A stretch of 64,000 bases of DNA from contig CAWBOC010000010.1 in assembly GCA_963790305.1 (NCBI GenBank), forward strand, positions 384,001 to 448,000. The letters run 5' to 3'. Position numbers and translations under genes: made by a program. The DNA comes from an uncultured Gemmatimonadaceae bacterium. GTDB lineage: Bacteria > Gemmatimonadota > Gemmatimonadetes > Gemmatimonadales > Gemmatimonadaceae. Below are positions 1 to 9,918 of the stretch, in pieces. The notes under the pieces are model-generated. The model worked only from the letters and a program-made list of their open reading frames with translations, did no database searches and was not told the origin of the DNA. Position 1 is the stretch's first letter; each line of letters starts with the position of its first letter.

Positions 1-226
1 GATCCTCTGTCTTCGACTGTCCGCCGCCCCGCTGATCATAGAAAATCAGCTCGTGCTTCTCGGCCAGTGCCAGCATCTGCGGAAGCAGATAATCGTGATG
101 CGCGCCCGGCCCTCCATGGAGAACGAGCAAGCGCGGGGCACCCTCGCGTCCGTACGCGGCCCAATAGAGAGGAACGGGCGTGGTTTTCGTGAGGCCGGAA
201 GCGCGAGGCCGGGGGATTGGCGCCAT
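1..226 (-). CDS. Alpha/beta hydrolase, proline iminopeptidase-like (N-terminal part; runs off the window edge)
   Basis: Manual translation from ATG at 226: MAPIPRPRASGLTKTTPVPLYWAAYGREGAPRLLVLHGGPGAHHDYLLPQMLALAEKHELIFYDQRGGGQS. HGGPG and YDQRG motifs. Not in the ORF track. Confidence 0.85.
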   Translation of the reverse strand, partial: MAPIPRPRASGLTKTTPVPLYWAAYGREGAPRLLVLHGGPGAHHDYLLPQMLALAEKHELIFYDQRGGGQSKTED

Positions 227-246
227 GGCGAAGGATACCATGAGGA

Positions 247-358
247 CTGAGGGGTGAGGAGTGAGGAATTCGATGGAGTGGCGTTTTCATCAATGATTTC
301 CCACTCCCCACTCCCCACTCCCCACTCCTCACTCCTCACTCCTCACTCTCCGTTCCTC
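247..358. repeat. Heptamer tandem-repeat inverted element, (GAGGAGT)n ... (ACTCCCC/ACTCCTC)n
   Basis: ctgaggggtgaggagtgagga on the left arm; ccactccccactccccactccccactcctcactcctcactcctcactc on the right arm. Confidence 0.8.
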
Positions 359-421
359 ATTGCCGAGGTCGTGAAAGGGGTCTATAATCGACGCCCCCCA
401 GATGTCTGGAATGAGGTAACG

Positions 422-940
422 ATGACCACAGCCACCGCGAACGCCACCAAGAGTCAAAAGCAGCAATTTCTGGAAGGATTCGAGCGTGAGACGGCGACGA
501 CGCTGAAGGTCCTCAAGGCGTATCCCGCGGATCAAAGCGAGCTTCGCCCACAGGAGCGAATGAAGACGGCTCGTGAGCTTGCCGCAATGTTCACCATGGA
601 GATGGCGGCCATCGACGCCGTGGTACGCGGGACGTTTACCTTCCCACCGAAGCCACCACCGATGCCTCAGAACTGGCAGGAGGTCGTCGATGCCTTCGAG
701 AAGACTCGCGCGCGCACCCTCGAGGGACTGCACGACGTGACCGACGAATCGCTGGCGTCGGGCACGGTCACCTTTCCCACCGCTCCCAAAAAGGTGAGCG
801 AGTGGCAGAAGCTGCCGTTCGCGTGGTTCCTCTTGTTCGACCAGATCCATCACCGCGGGCAGCTCTCGGTGTATCTGCGCCTGGCGGGCGGCAAGCTTCC
901 GTCGATCTACGGGCCCACCGCCGACGAGCCCTGGACCTAA
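422..940 (+). CDS. DinB family protein
   Basis: GAGGT RBS before ATG 422; C-terminal HHRGQLSVYLRLAGGKLPSIYGPTAD signature. Confidence 0.9.
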   Translation: MTTATANATKSQKQQFLEGFERETATTLKVLKAYPADQSELRPQERMKTARELAAMFTMEMAAIDAVVRGTFTFPPKPPPMPQNWQEVVDAFEKTRARTLEGLHDVTDESLASGTVTFPTAPKKVSEWQKLPFAWFLLFDQIHHRGQLSVYLRLAGGKLPSIYGPTADEPWT

Positions 941-969
941 CGAACGCTCACTTTCAGCCTCAACGCCTC

Positions 970-1608
970 ATGATTCGCTTCTCGCTTCTCGCAGCCGCGG
1001 CGTTCGCGCTTCCGCTCGCCGCTCAGCAACCCAATGCCAAGCCTGCGTCGCGTCCGACCCTCCCCGAGGGATGGCAGGTACGGCTCGACCGCGCGAATGC
1101 CAACGCCACGGCCATCAAGTTCGCGACGATGCCCCCCGGATGGCACGTCACCGCCGGGCCCTCGGCGATCTACTGGAATACGCAGAACATGGGAAGCGGC
1201 CAGTACGAGGTGCGCTCGTCGATCATCCTGATGAGGCCCTCCGCCCACCCGGAAGCGTACGGACTTTTCTTCGGCGGCAAGAATCTCGATACCGATGAAC
1301 AGCGCTATAACTATTTTCTCGTCAGGCAGGATGGGAAATACCTGATCAAGCATCGCGACGGCACCGAGACGCATACGATCGTCGACTGGACGGCCCATCC
1401 CGCGGTGAAAGTGCCCGAGGGGCAGGGCGAGGCCAGCAACGATCTCACCGTGCGCGTCGGGAGCGACTCGGTCGCGTTCCTCGTCAACGGGCAGCAGGTG
1501 AACGCCTTCCCGCGCAGCGCGATCGCGGATATTGACGGGCAGGCGGGGCTGCGCATCAATCACAATCTGGATGTGCACGTGGCGAAGCTGGAGGTCGGAA
1601 AGCCTTAG
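970..1608 (+). CDS. Secreted hypothetical protein, probable beta-sandwich (DUF1080/ConA-like)
   Basis: Signal peptide MIRFSLLAAAAFALPLAAQ; beta-strand-rich body (HPEAYGLFFGG, VAFLVNG). Confidence 0.7.
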   Translation: MIRFSLLAAAAFALPLAAQQPNAKPASRPTLPEGWQVRLDRANANATAIKFATMPPGWHVTAGPSAIYWNTQNMGSGQYEVRSSIILMRPSAHPEAYGLFFGGKNLDTDEQRYNYFLVRQDGKYLIKHRDGTETHTIVDWTAHPAVKVPEGQGEASNDLTVRVGSDSVAFLVNGQQVNAFPRSAIADIDGQAGLRINHNLDVHVAKLEVGKP

Positions 1609-1626
1609 TCTCGCGCGCAAGGTACG

Positions 1627-1732
1627 ACTGCAATAACCACAGAGGCACAGAGGGCACAGAGGAACGGCGAACTGCTCGTTCGAGCAGTTCGCCGTTCCTC
1701 TGTGCCCTCTGTGCCTCTGTGGTTATTGCAGT
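1627..1732. repeat. Perfect palindrome with 52-bp arms (REP-like), copy 1, between convergent genes
   Basis: actgcaataaccacagaggcacagagggcacagaggaacggcgaactgctcg-tt-exact reverse complement. Confidence 0.95.
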
Positions 1733-1736
1733 GTGT

Positions 1737-2642
1737 TCACGCGCAAAACTGGCCCGCGATCCTCGCCGTCGCGACATGAATCGCGACGGTCTCCCGCACA
1801 TCAACGCCATATCCTCCCGCGATCGCGATCGCCACCGGGATCCCGACCTCCCGGCACGCCTCCAGCACCATCGCGTCGCGGCGCTCCAGTCCATCGAAGG
1901 TCAGCTTCAGTCGTCCCAGACGGTCGCGCTCGTGCGGGTCGGCGCCGGCGAGGTACACGACCAGATCCGGTCTGCCTTCGTTGAGCACGTGGGGTAATGC
2001 GTTGGCGAGGAGCGCGAGATACTCATCGTCGCCCGTGCCGTCGCCAAGCTCGATGTCGAGCGTTCCCGGCACCTTGTGAAAGGGATAATTCCGGCCGCCA
2101 TGCATGCTGAACGTGAACGTCTCGGTGTCACCGGCGAAGATCGCGTGCGTACCGTTGCCCTGGTGCACGTCGAGATCGACGATCGCCGCTCTGCGAATGA
2201 GCCCTTCCGCGCGCAAACTGCGAATCGCGATCGCGACATCGTTGAAGACGCAGAAGCCCTCGCCGCGGTCGGGAAAGGCATGGTGCGTTCCGCCGGCGAG
2301 GTTCATCGCCACGCCGTCCTCGAGCGCGCGACGCGCGGCGCCGAGCGTGCCTCCAACCGCTCGATAGGATCGCTCGACGAGCGCCGGGGACCAGGGGAAG
2401 CCGAGTAGACGCAGCTCGGCCTCGCTCAGCGTGCCATTCGTGAGGCGCTCGACGTAATCGCGGGTGTGCACGCGCTCCAGCTCCTCGACGGTCGCGCGTG
2501 CAGGCTCGTGGACGTTCGACGCGGCAACCAGCCCCTCCGCGATGACCGCGTCGCGGAGGAGCGCGTACTTCTCGATCGGAAAGCGATGGCCCGCGGGAAG
2601 CGGGAAAGTGTAGGCGGCCGAGCTCCAGGCGTGGAGCGGCAC
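1737..2642 (-). CDS. Histone deacetylase family protein
   Basis: GGTHHA, GFCVFND, DLDVHQGNGT, GADPH and GGY motifs. Confidence 0.95.
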   Translation of the reverse strand: MPLHAWSSAAYTFPLPAGHRFPIEKYALLRDAVIAEGLVAASNVHEPARATVEELERVHTRDYVERLTNGTLSEAELRLLGFPWSPALVERSYRAVGGTLGAARRALEDGVAMNLAGGTHHAFPDRGEGFCVFNDVAIAIRSLRAEGLIRRAAIVDLDVHQGNGTHAIFAGDTETFTFSMHGGRNYPFHKVPGTLDIELGDGTGDDEYLALLANALPHVLNEGRPDLVVYLAGADPHERDRLGRLKLTFDGLERRDAMVLEACREVGIPVAIAIAGGYGVDVRETVAIHVATARIAGQFCA

Positions 2643-2648
2643 GCGCTG

Positions 2649-3989
2649 TCAGGGAAGGGCGGCGGTCGTCGGCGTCCCTGGCTGCTTGTACACCACGCCA
2701 TCCTTCATCACGAAGATCACACGCTCGGCGGCCGTGATGTCCCGCGTGATGTCGCCCGGCACCGCCACGATGTCGGCGAGCTTGTTGGCGGCGAGCGTGC
2801 CGAGGCGGTCGTCCCAGCCTAACAGCTTCGCGGCGCTGCTCGTCCCCGCGACGATGGCTTCCATCGGCGTGAGCCCGCCCCACTCGACCATGAGGCGCAT
2901 CTCGCGGGCGTTCGTCCCATGCTGAATGACACCGGCGTCAGTACCGAGCGCGAGCTTCACGTTGTTGCTCTTCGCGATCTTGATGGCGTTGCGCATGGCC
3001 GCTGCCGCCGCGAGCGCCTTCTCGGCGCGCAGCCCCTTGAGCGTTCCGTCTCTCGCCGCGCGCTCGACTGCCTCGCCCGCCATCAACGTGGGGACGAGAT
3101 AGGTTCCCTGCTGGGCCATCAACCGCGCTCCTTCCACGTCGAGAAAGGAGCCATGCTCGATCGAGGCGACGCCGGCGCGCGTCGCGATCTTGATGCCCTC
3201 GGTCCCATGAGCGTGCGCGGCGACCTTGCGATCGTGCTTCGCCGCCTCGTCCACCATCGCGCGCATCTCCTCCAGACCGTACTGCACGTTCCCGACGGCA
3301 TCGCCCTCCGACAAAACACCGCCCGTGGCGCAGGTCTTGATGAGGTCGGCGCCGTACTTGATCTGGTAGCGAACGGCGGCGCGCACCTGCTCGGGACCGT
3401 CGGCGATGCCGGTGGTGGGATCGCCATCCATGAGGCCGGGCTTGAAGGCGTTGTTGTCGCAATGTCCGCCGGTGATGCCTAGCGAGTAGGAGGCTCCCTG
3501 CATCCGGGGGCCGCGAACCTTCCCCTCACCGATCGCCTTCTTGAGGGCGAGGTCGGCCCAATGCTCGGCGCCGACGTTGCGGATCGTCGTGAAGCCGGCC
3601 ATGAGCGTGCGCTCGGCGTGCACGACGGAGACCACAGCCCCGTAGGTGTTGAAGTCCTTCACGCTCTCAAGGTCATTTCCCGGGTCACCGAGGACGCGAC
3701 CGCTGATGTGCGTGTGCGCATCGATGAAGCCGGGAAGGAGAGTCGCGTCGCCGAGATCGATCGTTTGCGCGCCGGCGGGTACGGTCACCGAGCCGCTGCG
3801 GCCGACCGCGGTGATGCGGTTTCCGCTTACCACGACCACGCCATTGGCGATCGGGGCGCCTCCCGACCCGTCGATGACGCGTGCGGCTCGCAGCACGATC
3901 GTTGTCGGGGCCTGGGCCGGCTGTTGGGCCTGGGTGACGCCAGCGAAGGCGAGTGCGGTGAGCGCGGTCGAGAGTCGGGTGTGGCTCAT
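2649..3989 (-). CDS. Secreted metal-dependent amidohydrolase (Xaa-Pro dipeptidase-like)
   Basis: Signal peptide; PGFIDAHTH, KxCATGG, AHAHG, IEHG and GTDAG motifs. Confidence 0.92.
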   Translation of the reverse strand: MSHTRLSTALTALAFAGVTQAQQPAQAPTTIVLRAARVIDGSGGAPIANGVVVVSGNRITAVGRSGSVTVPAGAQTIDLGDATLLPGFIDAHTHISGRVLGDPGNDLESVKDFNTYGAVVSVVHAERTLMAGFTTIRNVGAEHWADLALKKAIGEGKVRGPRMQGASYSLGITGGHCDNNAFKPGLMDGDPTTGIADGPEQVRAAVRYQIKYGADLIKTCATGGVLSEGDAVGNVQYGLEEMRAMVDEAAKHDRKVAAHAHGTEGIKIATRAGVASIEHGSFLDVEGARLMAQQGTYLVPTLMAGEAVERAARDGTLKGLRAEKALAAAAAMRNAIKIAKSNNVKLALGTDAGVIQHGTNAREMRLMVEWGGLTPMEAIVAGTSSAAKLLGWDDRLGTLAANKLADIVAVPGDITRDITAAERVIFVMKDGVVYKQPGTPTTAALP

Positions 3990-4068
3990 GGAAGGCTGGA
4001 CTAAGTGGTGAAACCGCAGATGGCCGCAGAAGGCCGCAATCACTGCAACCGCAACGTCACAACCGGGC

Positions 4069-5400
4069 TCAGCTCCGCCTGCCTAACGTTGCCGTCAGCT
4101 CGACGCGCGTGCCCTCGCGCAACACCACGATCTTTACGGTGTCCCCGGGCTTCCGGGCCTGGAGCGCATCGGTGTACTCGTACAGGTCCTTCACCGTCTT
4201 GCCGTCGAACTCGACGATGATGTCGCCTGCCTTGAGCCCCGCCTTGTCGGCAGGACTGTCGGTGCGGACGCCGGTCAGGCGCACGCCCGGAGTCTCCGGC
4301 GCGCTCATGTCGGGGATCGATCCCAGGTAGACCTCGCGGCCGCGCCCCGTGCCCGCCACCGGCGCCGGACGGCTCACGCGTACCAGCGTCAGGCGCTCAC
4401 CACGGTCCGCAATCGTGCGAACGACCCGTTCGGCCAACCCCACTACGCGACCCACGCCGGCCGCGCTCACCTTGTCTGCATCATCGGTGGCACGATGGTA
4501 GTCCTCGTGCAGGTCGGTGAAGAAGTGCAGCACCGGAATCCCTCGCGCGTAGAACGACGAGTGGTCCGACGGGCCATAGCCATCGCCGACGCCGCGCACG
4601 TCGAGGCCCGTGCCTGTCGCCGCGCTGTCCACCAGCGCGCGCATCTCCGTCGCCGTCTCCACGCCGTACACGATCACGCGGTCGTTCCGCAGGCGACCGA
4701 CCATGTCGAAGTTGAGCATCGCCACGACGCGATCGATCGGCACCGGCGACCGATCGACGAACCGCTGCGAGCCGAGGAGCCCGAGCTCCTCGCCGCTGAA
4801 GGTGACGAAGATGACGGAGCGACGCGGGGTCTGACGCGCCAGCAGGCGCGCCAGCTCCATCACCGCGGCGGTACCAGACGCGTTGTCATCCGCTCCGTTG
4901 CGGACGGCCTCGGCCGAATCGGGATCCAGAGCGCTTGCGCCGGAGCGGCCGAGGTGGTCGAAGTGAGCGCCGATGACGACGTATTCGTTCGCGAGGGCGG
5001 GGTCGGTCCCACGCAACAGCGCGACGACATTCTGCGACGGCAGCTCGGATGGCAGGCCTGCGTGGGCTGCTGCTGCCGAGCGCGCGACGAATGGCTGGAA
5101 GTACTTCCGCTCGCATCGCGCATGCAGCGTGGCATCTGAGCTCTGGCATCCGCTGGCGACCGTCGTGAGACGAAGCGATTCGAAGCGACGGGCGATGTAC
5201 GCGGCGGCGCTGTCGTTGCCGGCGGTCCCGGTGCCACGCCCTTCGAATGCCGCGCTCGCGAGGTGCTCGACATCGCGCCGAATCGCCATCGTGTCGGGGG
5301 CGTCCCGGGCGTCGCGGCTCGTCGTCGTCGATGGCGGCGATGGTTGGCAGGCGCTGAGCGCGAGGAATGAGAGGGCGAGCGAAGAAACTGGCCGAAACAT
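4069..5400 (-). CDS. M28 family peptidase lipoprotein with C-terminal PDZ domain
   Basis: Lipobox LSAC; GAHFDH, GADDNASG, EELGLLGS, NFDMVG, YH; YLGSIPD...SPADKAGLKAGD PDZ. Confidence 0.92.
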   Translation of the reverse strand: MFRPVSSLALSFLALSACQPSPPSTTTSRDARDAPDTMAIRRDVEHLASAAFEGRGTGTAGNDSAAAYIARRFESLRLTTVASGCQSSDATLHARCERKYFQPFVARSAAAAHAGLPSELPSQNVVALLRGTDPALANEYVVIGAHFDHLGRSGASALDPDSAEAVRNGADDNASGTAAVMELARLLARQTPRRSVIFVTFSGEELGLLGSQRFVDRSPVPIDRVVAMLNFDMVGRLRNDRVIVYGVETATEMRALVDSAATGTGLDVRGVGDGYGPSDHSSFYARGIPVLHFFTDLHEDYHRATDDADKVSAAGVGRVVGLAERVVRTIADRGERLTLVRVSRPAPVAGTGRGREVYLGSIPDMSAPETPGVRLTGVRTDSPADKAGLKAGDIIVEFDGKTVKDLYEYTDALQARKPGDTVKIVVLREGTRVELTATLGRRS

Positions 5401-5471
5401 GCGGAGGCGTGTTGGAGGGTGCGTGGTCCTCCGTATCTTACGCGCGGGTCACGCCCCTCGCCAAGAACTAC

Positions 5472-6035
5472 GTGTCCACGATCGCCCTCGCCCTCATCCC
5501 CCGCGCCGTCGCCCTCAATCTCGCCATTGGCGCGATCGTGGCGGCGCTGAAGCTTCCCGTCTATCTGGACTCGGTCGGAACCATACTGGTCGCGGCGCTC
5601 GCCGGACCGCTGGCGGGCATCATCACCGGTGTGACGTCGAATCTCGTGCTGGGCATGCTTTCCAGCCCGACGTTCATCGCGTTCATCCCGGTGACGGCGG
5701 TGATCGGCGCGACCGCCGGAATAGCCTCACGAGTAGGCGCCTTTCGCACCGTGCCGCGTGCCCTCGCGGCCGGCGTGGTGATCGGGCTGCTCGCCGGCGC
5801 CGCTTCCGTTCCGATCGTGCTGGCTCTGTTCGGCGGCGTGACGGCGGGGGGGACGGGAATCATCACGATCATCCTGCGAGCGCTCGATCTGCCGCTCGAG
5901 TCGGCCGCGCTGATCTCGAGCATCAGCGTGGACGTGCTCGACAAGGCGGTCTCCTGCGTCATCGTCGCCGCGGTGTTGGCGAGGCTGCCGCGTCGCATCG
6001 GAGCGCGCTTCGGCCTTCCGCATCCCGCTGCGTGA
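5472..6035 (+). CDS. ECF transporter substrate-specific S component
   Basis: Hydrophobic protein with LPVYLDSVGTILVAALAGP and terminal DK motif; upstream of ECF T and A genes. GTG start inferred. Confidence 0.8.
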   Translation: MSTIALALIPRAVALNLAIGAIVAALKLPVYLDSVGTILVAALAGPLAGIITGVTSNLVLGMLSSPTFIAFIPVTAVIGATAGIASRVGAFRTVPRALAAGVVIGLLAGAASVPIVLALFGGVTAGGTGIITIILRALDLPLESAALISSISVDVLDKAVSCVIVAAVLARLPRRIGARFGLPHPAA

Positions 6036-6769
6036 TCGCGCGACTTCGCAGCGTCAACCCGCTCACCGCACTCGCGGCCGCCGTACTGCTCGTCGTCGTG
6101 ACCTACGTCATCCCGGCGCCAGTTGGACCGCTGGCCGCCCTGGCGCTGGCATTCACGTTGGCGGCGATGACCAGCGTCGCCCGTCGTGTCGCGATTCTCG
6201 CCGCCGCCGTCGCGATACCGACCTGGATCTTCCTCGCCGTGATGAATGCGATCGTGGCTCCGGAGGGGGATATCGTCCGCGTCGCCGGCGTGAACATCGC
6301 CGCGCATGCACTGCTCCCCGCGGCCTGGATTGCCCTCCGCCTTGGCGCCGCGGTCGCGGCGCTCGCCTGGGTGGTAATGACGACGCCGCCACAGCGTCTC
6401 GTTCGCGCCCTCGCCCAACGCGGGCTGCCGGCGTGGTCGCAGTACTTGCTCGCGGCGTCCCTCGCCGCCGTTCCCGAGGCTCGGCGACGCGCGCGCGAGG
6501 TGCTCGATGCGCAGCGGTGTCGCGGACTCGCCGTTGGCGGCGGTCCGCTCGCGCGCCTTCGCGCGACGCTCCCACTCGCGGGGCCGCTGATGGTGTCGCT
6601 CGTCACCGAGGCCGAGCGGCGCGCTCTCGCGCTCGATGCGCGAGCATTCGACGCGCGCGGTGCGAGGACCTCACTCACGGAAGTCGCGGACCCTAACGGG
6701 GAACGCACGCTGCGGACGGTGATGTGGGGCCTGGCGATCGCCCTCATTGTGCTGGGGCTGATTCGATGA
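6032..6769 (+). CDS. ecfT: ECF transporter transmembrane T component
   Basis: GTGA overlap; AQRCRG and ALDARAF conserved Arg motifs. The ORF-track ORF is over-extended upstream. Confidence 0.85.
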   Translation: MIARLRSVNPLTALAAAVLLVVVTYVIPAPVGPLAALALAFTLAAMTSVARRVAILAAAVAIPTWIFLAVMNAIVAPEGDIVRVAGVNIAAHALLPAAWIALRLGAAVAALAWVVMTTPPQRLVRALAQRGLPAWSQYLLAASLAAVPEARRRAREVLDAQRCRGLAVGGGPLARLRATLPLAGPLMVSLVTEAERRALALDARAFDARGARTSLTEVADPNGERTLRTVMWGLAIALIVLGLIR

Positions 6770-8157
6770 GCTCGGTCGTGCGCGCCGAGCTGTCGAGCGT
6801 GTCCTACGGCGAAGTCACCGTGCTGCGCGATGTGTTTCTCGAGATTGGCCGGGGGGAGATCGTCGGCCTCACCGGGCCCGTTGGATCGGGAAAGACGACA
6901 CTCGCGCTCGCGTGCGCCGGTTTGCTCGGTCATGCCGTCGCGGCGCGGATCGAAGGGAAGATCCATCATGCGAGCCTTGCTCAGCCCCTGGCCGGGTACG
7001 TGTTCGACGATCCGCTGGCGCAGCTCACCGGGTTGGGGGGCACGGTCGAAGAGGAAGTCGCCGTTGGCCCGGAGAATCTTGCCATCCCGCGCGATGCGAT
7101 TCGCGTCCGCGTCGATCGCGCGCTCGCGGCCGCCGATGTCACCCACCTCGCGCGGCGAGTGCCCGACGAGCTCTCAGGCGGTGAGCGTCAACGTGTTGCG
7201 CTGGCATGCGCGCTGGCACTCGAGGCGCCGCTGCTCGTGCTCGACGAGCCGACCGCGCAGCTCGATCCCGAAGCGACGCAGCGGTTCGGCGAGCGCCTGC
7301 GTGCGCTCGCCGCGAACGGGACGAGCGTTCTGCTCGTCTCTCAGGACAACCACCTGCTCAGGTCGCTGGCGACGCGGGTGCTCGTGCTGGGTGACGGTGT
7401 ACCGCGCGCATCTGGAGCTCCGGCGGACGTTCTCGCGATCCCTGAGCATGCCGTCGCACCGGTGAGTACTGCTGATCGCACCGAGCCTCTCTTCGAGGCG
7501 CGCGAGGTGGTGGCTTCATACGCCGACCGTGTCGTCCTGCACGGCCTGACGCTGGACGTGCCGCGCGGCTCGACGACCGCGATTCTGGGGGACAACGGAG
7601 CGGGGAAAACGACGCTGGCCCGGGCGATCATGGGACTCGTTCCAGTTCGGCAGGGATCGATCGCCGTGGGCGACCAGCGCCTCGATTCGCTGCCCGTCCA
7701 TCAGCGGGCACGCTACGTGGGACTCGTCTTCCAGGATCCGTCGCGCCAGCTCTTCGCACGCACGGTGCTCGAGGAGGTCGCGTTCGGTCCGCGTGTGCTC
7801 GGCGCCTCGCATCGTCAGGCGCACGATCGGGCCCGGGAGGCGCTGGCCACCGTCGATCTCGCCGGGCTGGAGGCCGTCCACCCCGGCGATCTGGCGCCGC
7901 AAACGCAGCGTCTCGTCGCGATCGCGGCGGCCATGGCTTCCGGGCCCCCGGTGCTCATCCTCGATGAGCCGACGGCGGGGCAGGACGAGGCGGGAAAGCG
8001 TCGCATTGCCGCGGCCATCTCCCGTCAGCGCGAGCGTGGCTGCGCCATGGTCATCACCCATGATCTGGCCTTCGCCCGCCGGGTGTGTGACCATGCCGTC
8101 GTGCTGCGTAACGGCCGTGCCGCCTCGCGCGTCCTCCATAGTGCAGGTATCAGCTAG
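6766..8157 (+). CDS. ECF ATPase with two fused ABC domains
   Basis: Two Walker A motifs (GPVGSGKT, GDNGAGKT), LSGGE, two LDEPT. Confidence 0.92.
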   Translation: MSSVVRAELSSVSYGEVTVLRDVFLEIGRGEIVGLTGPVGSGKTTLALACAGLLGHAVAARIEGKIHHASLAQPLAGYVFDDPLAQLTGLGGTVEEEVAVGPENLAIPRDAIRVRVDRALAAADVTHLARRVPDELSGGERQRVALACALALEAPLLVLDEPTAQLDPEATQRFGERLRALAANGTSVLLVSQDNHLLRSLATRVLVLGDGVPRASGAPADVLAIPEHAVAPVSTADRTEPLFEAREVVASYADRVVLHGLTLDVPRGSTTAILGDNGAGKTTLARAIMGLVPVRQGSIAVGDQRLDSLPVHQRARYVGLVFQDPSRQLFARTVLEEVAFGPRVLGASHRQAHDRAREALATVDLAGLEAVHPGDLAPQTQRLVAIAAAMASGPPVLILDEPTAGQDEAGKRRIAAAISRQRERGCAMVITHDLAFARRVCDHAVVLRNGRAASRVLHSAGIS

Positions 8158-8210
8158 GGCGGCATCCCGCCACTGCACTCTCCGGCCGACGCAGGCCGCT
8201 TCGCCACGAC

Positions 8211-9857
8211 ATGGATCATTCGACGACCTTCGCCCGGCATTTCGCGCGACTCGTGCATCTTCTGCTGCACGAGCCGAAGAACATTGCGAACCAGAAGGCG
8301 GCCCTCCGCCTCCTCGTCGCGATGGCGAAAGAGGGCGAGGTCACGCTGGCGGTTCGCGATTGGCAGGTGGTGGCGAACGGGTCGCTCCTTCCTCCGCAAC
8401 TCGAAGGCGCAGAAGACCTTGGCGCCCAGCTCATCGGCCATGCCGTCACCGAGCTGGTCGCCGAGCAGAACGCATCGGCCGCTGACCTTCTCGGGATCGC
8501 GCGCACCCTCGCGACCGAGCCCATTCCCGGCGACGGCGGTCGCAACGTCGCCGACAAGCTCGCTGCCCTGGGCGCGAAGACGGTGCGGGTGACGCTCTCC
8601 GGCAACGCCCCGCTGCCGCGCGTCGCGACCATCTCGATGCCGACCCACGGCTCCGACGTTCCGGGTGTGGTGCAGAAGCCGGCCACGAACGGAGGCAGTC
8701 GCAACACGGGCGATGTCGCCATCGTGGCTCAGGCGCCGGCGGCGCCCATGCCGGCGGCCCCAACGTCCGCGGCGCCGACGCATCGTCCCTCGGTCGAGAT
8801 GGGCGTCATGCGCGGGATCACCGACAGCTACCTCTCACAGTTCGCTGCGCCCGACACGTCCCGCGGCTCCATCTCGACCGGGTTCACACAACTCGACGCG
8901 ACGACGAGCGTGAACGACACCACGAAGCTGCTCGATGGCGTGGCCGGTGCTGCCGAGGCAGCATTTCGCGAGGGTGATTCGGAGACACTCGCGGTCGCGC
9001 TCGCGGGCATCGTCAAGCGCGAGACCGCCGCCGCCGACCCCAACCTGCGACGGGCGTACGGGATGGCGGTGCGCCGTCTCGCCAAGAAGCCGATGCTGGC
9101 CGTGGTCGCGCCGCTTCTCGCCTCGCAACGCGAGATGTACGAGGAGCTTCTCGCGATCTTCGCGCGTACCGCGGACAATGGCGCTGAAGCGCTGATCGAG
9201 CAGCTCAACGCGGCGCAATCGCTCGCCGAGCGTCGTGTGTACTTCGATTCGCTTCGCAAGCTGAACGCTGGCGTTCAGGTGCTCATTCACATGCTCGGCG
9301 ACTCGCGGTGGTACGTCGTGCGCAACGCGGCCGATCTGCTGGGTGAGATGTCGGTCAATGACGCTGAGCCGAAGCTCTCGGAGCTACTCCAGCACGAGGA
9401 CGATCGCGTCCGAAAGGCGGCGGTTTCGGCGCTCTCGAAGATGACGGGTGCGGGCGCGGTGAAGGGCCTCGCCGCATCGCTCGAGGATGGAGCGCCGGGT
9501 GTGCGAGTGCGAGCCGCGGCCGCGCTCGGTGCCTCGAAGACGCCCGCGGCGGCGAACGCGCTGATCAAGCACCTCGAGCGTGAAGAGATCGCCGAGGTAC
9601 AGCACGCGTGCCTCTCGTCGTTAGGAAAGATCGCGACCGGGGATGCGATCCGTTTTCTGACGAAGGCCGCCCAGCCCGCGACCGGGCTCTTCAAGAAGAA
9701 GGCGACCGCCTTCCGTGTCGCCGCGGTGCGGGCGTTAGGCGAGGCGCGCACCCCCGCCGCGATGGGCGCCCTCCAGAATCTCCTGCACGACAAGGAGAAG
9801 GACGTGCGAGAGGCGGTGTTCTGGGCGGTCCGGGCTGGGAAGGGAGAGACCGAATAG
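8211..9857 (+). CDS. HEAT repeat protein
   Basis: C-terminal HEAT units (DSRWYVVRNAADLLG, DDRVRKAAVSAL, VRVRAAAALG). Confidence 0.85.
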   Translation: MDHSTTFARHFARLVHLLLHEPKNIANQKAALRLLVAMAKEGEVTLAVRDWQVVANGSLLPPQLEGAEDLGAQLIGHAVTELVAEQNASAADLLGIARTLATEPIPGDGGRNVADKLAALGAKTVRVTLSGNAPLPRVATISMPTHGSDVPGVVQKPATNGGSRNTGDVAIVAQAPAAPMPAAPTSAAPTHRPSVEMGVMRGITDSYLSQFAAPDTSRGSISTGFTQLDATTSVNDTTKLLDGVAGAAEAAFREGDSETLAVALAGIVKRETAAADPNLRRAYGMAVRRLAKKPMLAVVAPLLASQREMYEELLAIFARTADNGAEALIEQLNAAQSLAERRVYFDSLRKLNAGVQVLIHMLGDSRWYVVRNAADLLGEMSVNDAEPKLSELLQHEDDRVRKAAVSALSKMTGAGAVKGLAASLEDGAPGVRVRAAAALGASKTPAAANALIKHLEREEIAEVQHACLSSLGKIATGDAIRFLTKAAQPATGLFKKKATAFRVAAVRALGEARTPAAMGALQNLLHDKEKDVREAVFWAVRAGKGETE

Positions 9858-9918
9858 AATGCGGAATGCGGAATTCGGATCATGACTTTCCGCATTCCGC
9901 CTTCCGTATTCCGACTTC
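9857..9918. repeat. (GCGGAAT)n ... (ATTCCGC)n inverted heptamer element, copy 1, between convergent genes
   Basis: gaatgcggaatgcggaattcgg ... ttccgcattccgccttccgtattccg. Confidence 0.8.

Noticed and set aside
4973..6031. N-terminal extension of the 598-aa ORF-track ORF
   Set aside because: It overlaps the M28 peptidase and ECF-S genes; only the part from 6032 resembles EcfT.
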